NCBI GenBank assembly: GCA_963848295.1
Contig: CAWKDB010000010.1
Span: 1,024,001-1,088,000, forward strand
Origin: an uncultured delta proteobacterium
GTDB taxonomy: Bacteria; Myxococcota_A; Polyangia; Haliangiales; Haliangiaceae
Reading direction: 5' to 3'
DNA: 64,000 nucleotides
Shown piece after piece: positions 10,128 to 20,039 of this stretch. The notes under the pieces are model-generated. The model did not search any database. It saw nothing but the letters and a program-made list of their open reading frames with translations, and was not told where the DNA came from. The translations under genes were made by a program, and so were the position numbers. Positions within the stretch are counted from its first letter, which is position 1. The number at the start of each line of letters is the position of its first letter.

Positions 10128-11704
10128 CACGGCGCCGGTTTGTAGTCTTTCAGGAATAGCCCCCATGCGTGGTTCCCCGTGTTCAGCCCGTCGAAGATCG
10201 GATCGACGATCCGCGCCGCGCCATCGACGATATCGAGCGGCGGATGAAATCCGTGGATGCGTTGCTTGCGCTCGGCGTGATGCTGCGGATCCTCGTCGGT
10301 GACCCAGCCGGTGTCGACGCTGTTCATGTGGATGCCGTCGCGCACGTAGTCCGCCGCCGACGTCCGCGTCATCATGTTGAGCGCGGCCTTCGCCATGTTC
10401 GTGTGCGGATGCTTGTCGGTCTTCCACCGGCGGTAGAACTGACCTTCCATCGCCGAGACATTGACGACGTGCGCGTCGCGCGTCGGCACCGCCGCGAGCA
10501 ACGGCCGCAACCGCGCGTTGAGCACGAACGGCGCGACCGCGTTGACGAGATGGACCTCGAGCAGCTCGGCGGTCGGCACGTCGGCGAGCGTCATCCGCCA
10601 CGTGTTGAAGTCGCGCAGGTCGACCTGCTGCAAGTCCTGATCGAGCCGGCCCTGCGGATACAACGCGCCGCCGCGCTCGAGATCCTCGGCGAGCAGCGGC
10701 ACCTGCGAGAGCACCGCGGACTTCCACAAGCCGGTCGCGCGGATCTCGGCCGCCGGCTGGCCCGCGAGCGCATGGCCGCCCTCACCGCTCGGCAGCTCGC
10801 CGCGCAACGCGCGATTGCGCTCGAGCACGGCGCGCTCGAACGGCGTCGTCGCGAGCTCGTCCTCGCCCTTGACGACGTGGTCGTACCACCCCGACGGCCG
10901 GCGCACGGTCTGGCACGCGTTGTTGATGATCCCGTCGAGCCGGCGCTGGGTCTCGAGCAGGTGGCGCGCGAGCAGCTCGACGCTCGGCGTGTGGCGCAGA
11001 TCGATGCCGTAGACGTGCAGCCGGTCCTGCCAGTCGCTCGCGTCCTGCTCGCCGGAGAACCGCCGCGCCGCGTCGCGGGGAAATCGCGTCGCGACGATCA
11101 CGTCGGCACCGGCGCGCAGCAACTTGATCGCCGCTTGGTAGCCGATCTTGACGCGCGCTCCGGTGACGAGCATGACCCGGCCGCGCAGATCCGCGGACTC
11201 GTCGCGCTTGCGATAGTTGAGCTCGGCGCACGCCAGGCACAGCTGGTCGTAGAAGAAATGCAGCTCGTGGAAGTGGCGCTTGCAGATGTAGCAAAACCGC
11301 GCGTCCTCGACGACCCGCGGCGCGCTGTCGCCGCGCTGCGCCTCGGCCGCGGCCCACGGATCGTCGCCGCCCTCGTCGTCGCGCACCGGCGCCTCGAGCG
11401 GCTGGTTCGGCATCGGCAACGGCGTGCGAAACACCGGCTCGCGGCGCAGCGCGCGAATCCCGGTCTGATCGAGCACCGCGTTGTCGGCCTCGCGCCGCGC
11501 CTTGACCCGCGCGCGCATCAGCGCCTTGCCGAGCGCCTTGCGGCGATAGCGGTCCGGCCGCGACAGCTGGCCGGCCGCCGCGACGAGCCGAACCCGCAGC
11601 TCCTCCGACAGCTCCGCGAGCTTCGGCAGATCACCGCCGAGCTCTTCGATCAGCTCGACCGCCGCGCGCACGCGGGCCGAGAGCTCGTCGTCAGCGGTCG
11701 ACAT
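10124..11704 (-). CDS. SDR-family oxidoreductase with N-terminal CxxC..CxxC extension
   Basis: VTGARVKIG, INNA, HTNMAKAALN, SVDTGWV; CYICK...LCLAC. Confidence 0.85.
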   Translation of the reverse strand: MSTADDELSARVRAAVELIEELGGDLPKLAELSEELRVRLVAAAGQLSRPDRYRRKALGKALMRARVKARREADNAVLDQTGIRALRREPVFRTPLPMPNQPLEAPVRDDEGGDDPWAAAEAQRGDSAPRVVEDARFCYICKRHFHELHFFYDQLCLACAELNYRKRDESADLRGRVMLVTGARVKIGYQAAIKLLRAGADVIVATRFPRDAARRFSGEQDASDWQDRLHVYGIDLRHTPSVELLARHLLETQRRLDGIINNACQTVRRPSGWYDHVVKGEDELATTPFERAVLERNRALRGELPSGEGGHALAGQPAAEIRATGLWKSAVLSQVPLLAEDLERGGALYPQGRLDQDLQQVDLRDFNTWRMTLADVPTAELLEVHLVNAVAPFVLNARLRPLLAAVPTRDAHVVNVSAMEGQFYRRWKTDKHPHTNMAKAALNMMTRTSAADYVRDGIHMNSVDTGWVTDEDPQHHAERKQRIHGFHPPLDIVDGAARIVDPIFDGLNTGNHAWGLFLKDYKPAPW

Positions 11705-11873
11705 CGGTCGTACAGCCTATACCTCCGGACCGCCTCATCGGCGTAGGCACGTGTTGAGAGTCGAGGTGCCCGGGCCTTTGGCCATCGGCGTGACTGGCAC
11801 GTGCGCTCGTCGGGTCCGCGTCTGAAATTCGAAAGCACCTTGCCGATCCACCACGCAAGACGGAGACTGTTGC

Positions 11874-13028
11874 ATGCACTGGCTGCGGCACGCAGGCGTT
11901 CTGCTCGTTGCCTGCAGCCCCGTTCCAACGAGCGCCCTCATCACCGCGCCGCCGGCGACGACGACGCCCTGCGTCGGGACCACGCTGGAGCCACTGGCGC
12001 CGGATCCCCTCGGATGGGTCGACCACCTCGTGTGGCTAGACTCCACGACGCTCGTCGCGTTCGTCGGCGGCGGGCCGAACTTGCAAGCGAACGGCCTGCT
12101 CGTCCTCGACGTCCCCGCCCGGACGATCCGGCGTGCGTTTCGCGGGCTCGGGCCGATCGGAAATGCAGCATTCCGCGTGGGCTCCCGCGGCGAGCTCCTG
12201 TTCTCTGATCAGCTCTACCGCGACACCAGGTGGGAACACCGTGTCGGCACGCTGGATCTGGCCACCGGCTGCGTCCGCGCGTCGCGCGACATCGGGACCT
12301 GGAACGTCGCGATCGATCCGGCAAACGACGGATTCGTGGTGGCAGCCGACTCCACCCCCGATGGCGGCTCGACGGCGCTCGTCCGCTACGACGCTGCCAC
12401 GCTAACGCCCAGTCCCAAGCGAAGCGTGCCTCGGTTCGATGCGCTCAGCTATGACCCTACGAGCAACCGACTCGTCGCGTCGAGCTATGGCGACGACCCG
12501 ATCCGCACGCGCGATCCGATCACGCTCGACGAGCGCGAGGCGAAGTCGCTCGCCGTTAGTGTTCGCACGGGGTTCTCGCTGCGCCCGGCGCATGCGGAGA
12601 TCGCGATGGGGTACACGAAGTGCACCCCGACAGGGCGTCCGACTCGTAGGCCGAGCATGCGCGTCGCTTGCCGCGAGGGCACGCAGGAGGTCGGCTGGGT
12701 GACCGTCGGCCTTGATCCGCTTGTCGAGGTCAGGCGAGTCGAGCGTCCGGTCGACGCATGGAACTGTGACGATCGCCGAATCTCGTGGACACCCGACGGC
12801 GCGCGCGCGTTCATCCCGTGTCACGGCGTGAGCCAATGGATGGAGTGGACGCCGGACACCGGCGCGTTTCGCTTGATCCCAGCGCCTCCGCTCGACTACT
12901 GGGCGCGCACCGCCTGGGCACCCGACGGCGACACCTTCGCTGGCTTCGGGGCCGGCGACACGATCGACGTGCGATCGATCTCGACCGGGAACCTCCTGTG
13001 GCAGATCCCGTTGCGAAAGAGCCCGTAG
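11874..13028 (+). CDS. Hypothetical lipoprotein, probable beta-propeller
   Basis: Lipobox LVAC; repeated W(T/A)PDG blade-end motifs. Confidence 0.6.
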   Translation: MHWLRHAGVLLVACSPVPTSALITAPPATTTPCVGTTLEPLAPDPLGWVDHLVWLDSTTLVAFVGGGPNLQANGLLVLDVPARTIRRAFRGLGPIGNAAFRVGSRGELLFSDQLYRDTRWEHRVGTLDLATGCVRASRDIGTWNVAIDPANDGFVVAADSTPDGGSTALVRYDAATLTPSPKRSVPRFDALSYDPTSNRLVASSYGDDPIRTRDPITLDEREAKSLAVSVRTGFSLRPAHAEIAMGYTKCTPTGRPTRRPSMRVACREGTQEVGWVTVGLDPLVEVRRVERPVDAWNCDDRRISWTPDGARAFIPCHGVSQWMEWTPDTGAFRLIPAPPLDYWARTAWAPDGDTFAGFGAGDTIDVRSISTGNLLWQIPLRKSP

Positions 13029-13118
13029 CTCGCGTGCGGTCGGTCGGGCGGCCACTGCGTGTGCAGGCGACCACCCGCGCCTACGCTTACGCAGTCGGAA
13101 TCTAGTAGGGTGCCTGCG

Positions 13119-14444
13119 ATGATCATCGGCAAGCGGATCCTCGGAAAGGCGATCGCGACGTATCTCGGGCCGACCGGCGAGGCAGCCCGCCGCGCCGTCT
13201 CCCAGGTCCGGCAGCGGGTCGCGGGCACCTCGAAGACGCGGGTCGATTTCTACTTCGACATCGCGGATGCGTGGAGCTACGTCGCGGCGCAGGCGGCGAG
13301 CCGGCTCGCCGAGGCCTATCCGATCGAGCTCGCGATCCACATCGTCACGCCCCCCGCGTCCGACGTCGACCCGATGCCGCTGCTGCGCGCGAGCCAAGCG
13401 GTGCGCGATTGCCAGCAGCTCGCCGACTACTTCGACATCGACTTCCCCGGCAAGAAGCCCGCCGACGGCAACGCCGTGCGCGATGCCGGTACCGTGCTGA
13501 TTCGCGATCGGCCCGCGCGCGACCAGCTGCGCGCAGCGCTCGAGCTCGGTGCCGCGACGTGGGCCAACGATCGCAAGGCGCTCACGAAGTTGCAGGGCGT
13601 GTGGGGCACCGAGGCGCACGTCTCCGTGCCGCCGATCCTGAGCAGCAAGTACGCCGAGCTGCGCAAAGCCGGCCACTACATGGGCGCGATGTTCCAGTTC
13701 GCGGGCGAGTGGTACTGGGGCATCGATCGCTTGCCGTACCTCGAGTCCGCGCTCGCTCGCGCGCTGGGCTGCGACGTCGCCCATGTCGTGACGCCGCGAC
13801 CGCAAGGGGATCGTGGGCCGGTCGCGCTGTCCGCCAAGCCGCTGACCTGCGAGCTGTGGTTCTCGTTCCGCTCGCCATATTCGTATCTCGCGGTCGAGCA
13901 GATCGAGGCGGTGCTCGCGCCGTATGGCGTGCCGCTCGTGCTCCGGCCGGTCGCGCCGATGATCGCGCGCGGCCTGCCGATGCCGACGGTGAAGAAGATG
14001 TACATCGTGCGAGACGCGAAGCGCGAAGCCGATCGGCTCGGCATCCCGTTCGGCGAGCTCTGCGATCCAGCGGGCGCCGGCGCCGAAAATTGCATCGCGA
14101 TCGCCGCGCTCGCCGCCGAACGCGGCAAGCTGCTGGAGTTCACGAAGTCGGCGATGCGCGGGATCTGGTCGGAGGCGCGCGATGTCGCGGAGTACGTCGA
14201 CTTGCGTTACCTGACCGAGCGCGCCGGTCTGGACTGGACCGAAGCGCGCGCGGCGCTCGAGCGCAAGGCCGCCGCGATGAAGGGCGCGCAAGGGAATGCC
14301 ACCGATCTCGCGGTCGTCGGCTTGTGGGGCGTTCCGTCGTTTCGGATCGGAGACCTGGTCGCGTGGGGTCAGGATCGCCTGCCGCTGATTGCCGATCGGT
14401 TGCGCCGGCACGCGGCGGCGCCCGCAGTGGGCGCGATTCCGTAG
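13119..14444 (+). CDS. Tandem DsbA-like / 2-hydroxychromene-2-carboxylate isomerase family protein
   Basis: Two domains: FYFDIADAWSY...YWGIDRL and WFSFRSPYSYL...GLWGVPSF...WGQDRL. Confidence 0.85.
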   Translation: MIIGKRILGKAIATYLGPTGEAARRAVSQVRQRVAGTSKTRVDFYFDIADAWSYVAAQAASRLAEAYPIELAIHIVTPPASDVDPMPLLRASQAVRDCQQLADYFDIDFPGKKPADGNAVRDAGTVLIRDRPARDQLRAALELGAATWANDRKALTKLQGVWGTEAHVSVPPILSSKYAELRKAGHYMGAMFQFAGEWYWGIDRLPYLESALARALGCDVAHVVTPRPQGDRGPVALSAKPLTCELWFSFRSPYSYLAVEQIEAVLAPYGVPLVLRPVAPMIARGLPMPTVKKMYIVRDAKREADRLGIPFGELCDPAGAGAENCIAIAALAAERGKLLEFTKSAMRGIWSEARDVAEYVDLRYLTERAGLDWTEARAALERKAAAMKGAQGNATDLAVVGLWGVPSFRIGDLVAWGQDRLPLIADRLRRHAAAPAVGAIP

Positions 14445-14461
14445 TACAAAGAGGGACCGGG

Positions 14462-15094
14462 ATGTACCGCGCCGTCGTACTCGGATTGCTGCTCGGCGCT
14501 TGCCAGAGCGACGTCCACACGCCGTTCCCCGCCGGACTCGAGCCGCTCGAGGACAACCCGGTGCCGATCCAGGACGCACCGTACACCGAGACGCTCGCGC
14601 TCCAGACCGACACGACCGACTACCTCAAGGCGTATGGCGTCGGCTACGTCCTGCTCGACCCGGGCACGGTGTGGGCGATGGTCAAGAACCCACAGGCGAT
14701 GGTCGCGGTGTGTACGACGACCACCCAGACGATCACGCCGGACGACGAACCGGAGTACGAGTTCAGCTTCCTCGTCGACTACGTCGTGAACGACGTGCTC
14801 ACCGTCGAGTGGGACGACGCGTGGCGCTACGGCACGATCACCGGACCCGAGACCGAGCCGACGCTCGCGATCATCAAGCACCAGAAGACCGACGGGTCGA
14901 GCTTCATCAAGCTGAGCGAAGGCACGATCGAATTTTCGCCCACCCCGGATGACCCGAACGTCACCGAGGTCTCGATGGTCGAGCACCTCAACGCGGTCGG
15001 CAGCACGATCGATGATCTGGTCGCCGGCGTGAACCATACGTACGCGTCGATCGTGGCTATTTCTCACGGCAATCCGGTCCCGGCCTGTCCGTAG
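14462..15094 (+). CDS. Hypothetical lipoprotein (possibly START/SRPBCC-like)
   Basis: ATG after GAGGGA; lipobox LGAC; acidic protein with high GC3. Confidence 0.65.
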   Translation: MYRAVVLGLLLGACQSDVHTPFPAGLEPLEDNPVPIQDAPYTETLALQTDTTDYLKAYGVGYVLLDPGTVWAMVKNPQAMVAVCTTTTQTITPDDEPEYEFSFLVDYVVNDVLTVEWDDAWRYGTITGPETEPTLAIIKHQKTDGSSFIKLSEGTIEFSPTPDDPNVTEVSMVEHLNAVGSTIDDLVAGVNHTYASIVAISHGNPVPACP

Positions 15095-15106
15095 TACGCT
15101 GGGGGT

Positions 15107-16462
15107 ATGGGCGAGCAGTTCGGCCCGTACCTGGTGTACGAGCAGATCGGCATGGGCGGCATGGCGTCGGTCCATCGCGCCGAGACGCAGGGCATCGCCG
15201 GGTTCACCCGGCCCGTCGCGCTCAAGCGCATGCTGCCCCACGTCGCCGCGAACGAAGAGCTGGTCAAATCGTTCGTGCGCGAAGCCCGGCTCGCGAGCCA
15301 CCTCCGCCACGAGAACGTCGCGCAGACCTACGAGCTCGGCAAGGTCGACGACATCTACTTCATCGCGATGGAGCTCGTCGAGGGCCGCACGCTGCGCGCC
15401 CTGCTCCGCCAGTGCTCGAAGGTCGGAGCGATGCCGTTGCCGATCGCGCTGAATCTGTTGAACCAGATCTGCGACGCGCTCGACTACGCGCATAACCTGT
15501 GCGACGAGACCGGCCAGAAGCTCGGGATCATTCATCGCGACGTCTCGCCGACGAACATCATCGTGTCGGAAGGCGGCGTCGCGAAGCTGATCGACTTCGG
15601 CATCGCGAAGGCGTCGGGGCTGGGCATGCAGACGATGTCCGGCCTGATCAAAGGCAAGTTCGGCTACATGGCGCCGGAGTATCTCGAGGGGCGAATCGAT
15701 GCGCGCGCCGATCTGTTCGCGCTCGGCGCGATCGCGTTCGAGGTCCTCGCGAACAAGCCGCTGTTCCTGGCCGGCGACGACATGGGCACGCTCAACAACC
15801 TGCGCGAGATGTCGATCCGGCCGCCGTCGACGGTCAACCCCCAGGTCCCGCGCGAGGTCGACGACATCATCATGACCGCGCTGCAGCGCGATCCGGACCG
15901 GCGCTGGCAACAAGCGACCGCGCTGCGCACCGCGATGACGACGGTGACCAAGCGGCTCGGGCTGGTCGTGATGAACAGCCAGGTCGTCGATTGGATCGAC
16001 TGGGCGTTCCGCCAGACCGACGACGCGGCGACCACGCGCAACGTGGCGGACGAACCGAGCATCTCGATCGAGCGGATGACGAGCGCGACCGAGCCTAGCT
16101 CGACGTGGAACGCGCCGACGACACCGCGCAACCGCGGCGAGACCCCAGCGATGAACGCGCTGAGGCCGGCCGAGGCCTCGTCGACGACCCCGACCCAGAT
16201 GAAGACGCTCGCGTACGTGCCGGCGCCGCGCCACCCACCGAGCGCACCGCCGCAGCCCGCGTTGGCGTCGTCGGAGATCCTCCGGCCGAGCGCGCAGATT
16301 TCAACGTCCGCAGCGCCCATGGTGCCCGCGGTATCTGCTGCGGATACGACCGAGCCGGTCCGAGCGCCGCGCGATCAGCCGAGCACGGTCGGGGTGTGGA
16401 TCGCAGCGCTGCTCGTCCTCCTCCTCGCCGCCGGTATCACGTACGTGGTTTACTTCGGTTAG
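15107..16462 (+). CDS. Ser/Thr protein kinase with C-terminal TM anchor
   Basis: IGMGGMASV, VALKR, HRDVSPTN, DFGIAK, GKFGYMAPE. Confidence 0.93.
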   Translation: MGEQFGPYLVYEQIGMGGMASVHRAETQGIAGFTRPVALKRMLPHVAANEELVKSFVREARLASHLRHENVAQTYELGKVDDIYFIAMELVEGRTLRALLRQCSKVGAMPLPIALNLLNQICDALDYAHNLCDETGQKLGIIHRDVSPTNIIVSEGGVAKLIDFGIAKASGLGMQTMSGLIKGKFGYMAPEYLEGRIDARADLFALGAIAFEVLANKPLFLAGDDMGTLNNLREMSIRPPSTVNPQVPREVDDIIMTALQRDPDRRWQQATALRTAMTTVTKRLGLVVMNSQVVDWIDWAFRQTDDAATTRNVADEPSISIERMTSATEPSSTWNAPTTPRNRGETPAMNALRPAEASSTTPTQMKTLAYVPAPRHPPSAPPQPALASSEILRPSAQISTSAAPMVPAVSAADTTEPVRAPRDQPSTVGVWIAALLVLLLAAGITYVVYFG

Positions 16463-16466
16463 CCGG

Positions 16467-16997
16467 ATGACGAAGCGACGCATCGCGCTGATCTCGACGG
16501 GAGGCACGATCGAGAAGACGTACAACGAGCTGTCCGGCGTGCTCGCGAACCAGCTCTCGGTGCTCGACATCATGCTCGCCGCGCTCGAGCTGCGCGGCGT
16601 GGCGATCGATCGGATCGCGCTCATGAACAAGGACAGCCTCGACATGTCGAACGACGATCACTCGCTGATCGCCGAGACCGCCGCGCGACTCGCCGCGGAA
16701 CGCGATGGCGTCGTCGTCGTCCACGGCACCGACCGGCTCGCGACGACGGGCGACCGGATCGTCGAGCTCGTCGGGACGCCGGCGTCGCCGATCGTGCTGA
16801 CAGGCGCGATGCGCCCGTACGAGCTGAAGTCGACCGACGCGTCGCAGAACCTGACCGAGGCGTTGCTCGCGGTGCAACTCGTGCCGCCCGGGGTGTATGT
16901 CGCGATGCACAACCAGCTGCTACGATTCCCGGGCGTCGTGAAGGATCGCGTACTGGGGACTTTCGTGGGGACGGGCGATGGCGATTCCATCGGCTGA
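16467..16997 (+). CDS. Asparaginase-domain protein (short form)
   Basis: STGGTIEK, HGTD, LTGAMRP motifs. Confidence 0.85.
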   Translation: MTKRRIALISTGGTIEKTYNELSGVLANQLSVLDIMLAALELRGVAIDRIALMNKDSLDMSNDDHSLIAETAARLAAERDGVVVVHGTDRLATTGDRIVELVGTPASPIVLTGAMRPYELKSTDASQNLTEALLAVQLVPPGVYVAMHNQLLRFPGVVKDRVLGTFVGTGDGDSIG

Positions 16998-18087
16998 CGA
17001 GCTACTCGACAGCACGTTGCCCGCCGTGCTCGATGCGCTGTCGCGAGCCGACATCGGCGTCGTCGTGTTCTCCCAGCGAGAGGGCAAGTTCGAGAAGCGC
17101 CACGCGAACGAGCCGGCGATCCGCGCGCTCGGCTACACCGTCGAAGAGTGGCTCGCGACTCCGGTCTTGCACTCGATCGCACCGGAGCAACGCGAGCTCG
17201 CGGCGCGGTTATTCAACCGGATCGCCTCGGGCGACCACACGATGCCGCCGATCATCGAGCTCCGGTTCGTGCGCAAAGATGGCGTCGAGCTCAGCGGCGA
17301 GATCATCGCGGGCCGAGCGGACATCCCGGGTGGCTCGGCGATCGCGATGATCGTCGGCGACCACGCGCACTCGCCGGCGCAGCTGTCGTTGCTCGAGGCG
17401 GACCGGATCGGTGTCGTCGGCGCCCTCGCGGCCGGCTTCGCGCACGAGATCAACAACCCGCTGACGTCGGTGCTGCTGAACCTGCGCTCGCTGCGCCGTC
17501 AGCTCGCGAGCCTGCCGGAAGCCGCGCGCGATCCGGCGTTGCGTTGCGTCGAGGACATCACGATGGGCGCCGAGCGCATCGCCGGCAACGTCCGAGCGCT
17601 GCAAGCGCTCGCGACACGCGCCGCGACCCAGCGCATCGACCTCGCGGCGGTCGTGTCGGCGTCGCTCCGGCTCGCGGCGCCGACGCTGCACCCGCGCGCA
17701 CACGTCGAGAAACAGATCGGCACCGTCCGCGCGGTACTCGGCGAAGAGGCGCGCATCGGCCAAGCGGTGCTCGCGATGCTGCTGTTCTCCGCGTCGGGGT
17801 TCGACACCGATGCCGCGACCGGCTCGAATCGAATCGCGGTGTCGGTCGCCGATCGCGACGGCTCGGTCGTCGTTCAGGTCTCGGACAACGGCCATCCGCT
17901 GACGATCGAAGAGGCCCGGCGCGCGTTCGATCCGTTCTTCCGCACGTCGTCGCGAGGTGCGGGCGTCGGCGTCGGCCTCGGGATCGCGCGCTCTGTGGCG
18001 ACCGCGCTCGGCGGCGATGTCGCGCTCGCCCCGGGCGCGACCGGCGGCGCGGTGATCACGATGCGGTTACCGGCGGATCCCGTTTGA
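16978..18087 (+). CDS. PAS-domain histidine kinase-like protein with a degenerate N-box
   Basis: PAS-like N-terminus; AHEINNPL H-box; SDNG, FDPFF and GVGVGL boxes. Confidence 0.8.
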   Translation: MAIPSADELLDSTLPAVLDALSRADIGVVVFSQREGKFEKRHANEPAIRALGYTVEEWLATPVLHSIAPEQRELAARLFNRIASGDHTMPPIIELRFVRKDGVELSGEIIAGRADIPGGSAIAMIVGDHAHSPAQLSLLEADRIGVVGALAAGFAHEINNPLTSVLLNLRSLRRQLASLPEAARDPALRCVEDITMGAERIAGNVRALQALATRAATQRIDLAAVVSASLRLAAPTLHPRAHVEKQIGTVRAVLGEEARIGQAVLAMLLFSASGFDTDAATGSNRIAVSVADRDGSVVVQVSDNGHPLTIEEARRAFDPFFRTSSRGAGVGVGLGIARSVATALGGDVALAPGATGGAVITMRLPADPV

Positions 18088-18511
18088 CCAAGCAGATCGC
18101 GTGCGCGGTCGCGACGAGCGAGCCGCGATCGGTCTGCCACGCCTCGACGCGAAGGTTCGTGACGCGCCGGCCGCTGCGCGTGATCACGCCGCGCGCGTGC
18201 GTGTCGATCGCCGCACCCGAGCGCAGGAAATCGATCGTGATCGTGATGATCTTCGGCAGCACGATCGTCTCCGCGCGCCACAGCAGCTCGTAGATCGCCG
18301 CGGATTCGAGCAACGCGCCGAGCGTGCCGCCGTGCAATGCGGGCAACGCAGGATTGCCGATCAGATGCGGGCCGAACGCCATCGTCGTGATCAGCTCGTC
18401 GCCTTCGTGGCGAGCCGTGAGGCCGAGGAACGTCGCATAGGGTACGGCGTTGACCAGCCCCGCGAGATCGCCCGTGCGCTTCGCTTTGGCGAGGCGTTCG
18501 ACCAGCGTCAT
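18056..18511 (-). CDS. PaaI-family (hotdog) thioesterase
   Basis: GNPALPALHGGTLGALLE, TIDFLRSG. Confidence 0.88.
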   Translation of the reverse strand: MTLVERLAKAKRTGDLAGLVNAVPYATFLGLTARHEGDELITTMAFGPHLIGNPALPALHGGTLGALLESAAIYELLWRAETIVLPKIITITIDFLRSGAAIDTHARGVITRSGRRVTNLRVEAWQTDRGSLVATAHAICLVKRDPPVTAS

Positions 18512-18954
18512 GGCTGCGCCTTGGGTTGCGTGCCGGGCTTCGTGCCGAGCATGAACGTTCCAGCGGACGACGCGATCGGGTTCGCCTCGTCGTCGTGGTA
18601 GGCGACCGCGCGGGTGAAGGCGACCGAGTGCGTGACCTTGTAGCAGGTCGCGCGACATACGACCGTGCGATTCGGCTCGGCGGCACGCAGGTAGTCGATG
18701 CGCAGATCGAGCGTCGCGATCGGCGCCCAGCTGGTCAGCGAGCTGAACACCGCCGCCCCCGAGCACGCGTCGAGCAGCGCCGTGATCACGCCGCCGTGCA
18801 GGACGCCGGTGTCGGGGTTGCCGACCAGCTTGAGATCGTACGGAACCTCCATCACCGCGACGCCGCGGTCGAGGCTGATCGCGCGCATCCCGAGCGCGCG
18901 ATTGTGCGGGATCCCGTGGATAAACGTGCGGAGACCGGGCGCGCCGTCGGACAT
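18508..18954 (-). CDS. PaaI-family (hotdog) thioesterase
   Basis: GNPDTGVLHGGVITALLD, ATLDLRIDYLR. Confidence 0.9.
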   Translation of the reverse strand: MSDGAPGLRTFIHGIPHNRALGMRAISLDRGVAVMEVPYDLKLVGNPDTGVLHGGVITALLDACSGAAVFSSLTSWAPIATLDLRIDYLRAAEPNRTVVCRATCYKVTHSVAFTRAVAYHDDEANPIASSAGTFMLGTKPGTQPKAQP

Positions 18955-18992
18955 CGTGGCCGCGCCCAGTCTATCAGTGTATGTATCCACCG

Positions 18993-20039
18993 ATGTCGCT
19001 ACGGCTCGGCTGGGACGCAGGCTGGAACGCCGTGCGCGACGCGGTCGATTCCGCACGCGCGCTCGAGCCGGTCCGAGTCGCGGCGGAGCATCGCGGCGCG
19101 TACCACGCGGTCGGCGACGGCGGGGTCGCGTGGGTCGAGCTCACCGGCCGAGCGTTCCACCGCGCCGCCGACAAGCGCGAGCTCCCCACGGTCGGCGACT
19201 GGCTGCTCGTCGAGCGCTGGCGCGAAGCGGTCGGCGGCAACGGCGCCGCGGTGATCCGCCACGTGTTGCCGCGCCGTAGCTTGCTGGTCCGCCGCGCCGC
19301 CGGTGAAGCGACCGCACCGCAGCCGCTCGCCGCGAACGTCGATGTCGCGATCGTGATGACCTCGGCGAACGGCGATCTGTCGCCAGCGCGCCTCGATCGC
19401 TACCTGGGCCTGGTCCGCGACGCCGGCATCGCGCCGGTGCTCGTCCTGTCGAAGGTCGACCTCGTCGCCGATCCGGGACCGGGACTCGCAGCCCTGCGCG
19501 CGGTCGGTGGCGACGCGCCCGTGCAAGCGGCGTCGACGATCACCGGCGCCGGCATCGCCGAGGTCCGCGCGTTCGCGGGCGCGGGCAAGACCGTGGTGTT
19601 GCTCGGCAGCTCGGGCGTCGGCAAGTCCTCGCTGCTCAACGCGGTCGCCGCGACCGCGCAGGAGATCCAGCCGATCCGCGACGACGATCGCGGGCAGCAC
19701 ACGACGACGCGGCGCGAGCTGTTCGTCACCGCCGACGGCTTGTGGATCGACACGCCCGGGATGCGCGAGCTCGCGCAGTGGATCGACGAGGGCGGTACGC
19801 CCGAGATCTTCGACGACATCGCCGAGCTCGCCACGAGCTGCCGGTTTCGCGACTGCACGCATCGCGACGAGCCGGGCTGCGCGGTCCGCGGCCATGTCGC
19901 GGTCGATCGGCTCGCAAACTTTCACAAGCTCGCCGGCGAGCAGGTCGTCGCGGTGGCGAATCAGCAGGCGGCGCGCCGGATCGCCGAGACTCGCAAGGCG
20001 AAAGCCAAGCGTTACCCGAAGAATCGCAAGCAGCCATGA
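18993..20039 (+). CDS. rsgA: Ribosome small subunit-dependent GTPase A
   Basis: PTVGDW, AANVD, SKVD, GSSGVGKS, GQHTTT, DTPG, CRFRDCTHRDEPGC; start at 18981 or 18993. Confidence 0.93.
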   Translation: MSLRLGWDAGWNAVRDAVDSARALEPVRVAAEHRGAYHAVGDGGVAWVELTGRAFHRAADKRELPTVGDWLLVERWREAVGGNGAAVIRHVLPRRSLLVRRAAGEATAPQPLAANVDVAIVMTSANGDLSPARLDRYLGLVRDAGIAPVLVLSKVDLVADPGPGLAALRAVGGDAPVQAASTITGAGIAEVRAFAGAGKTVVLLGSSGVGKSSLLNAVAATAQEIQPIRDDDRGQHTTTRRELFVTADGLWIDTPGMRELAQWIDEGGTPEIFDDIAELATSCRFRDCTHRDEPGCAVRGHVAVDRLANFHKLAGEQVVAVANQQAARRIAETRKAKAKRYPKNRKQP

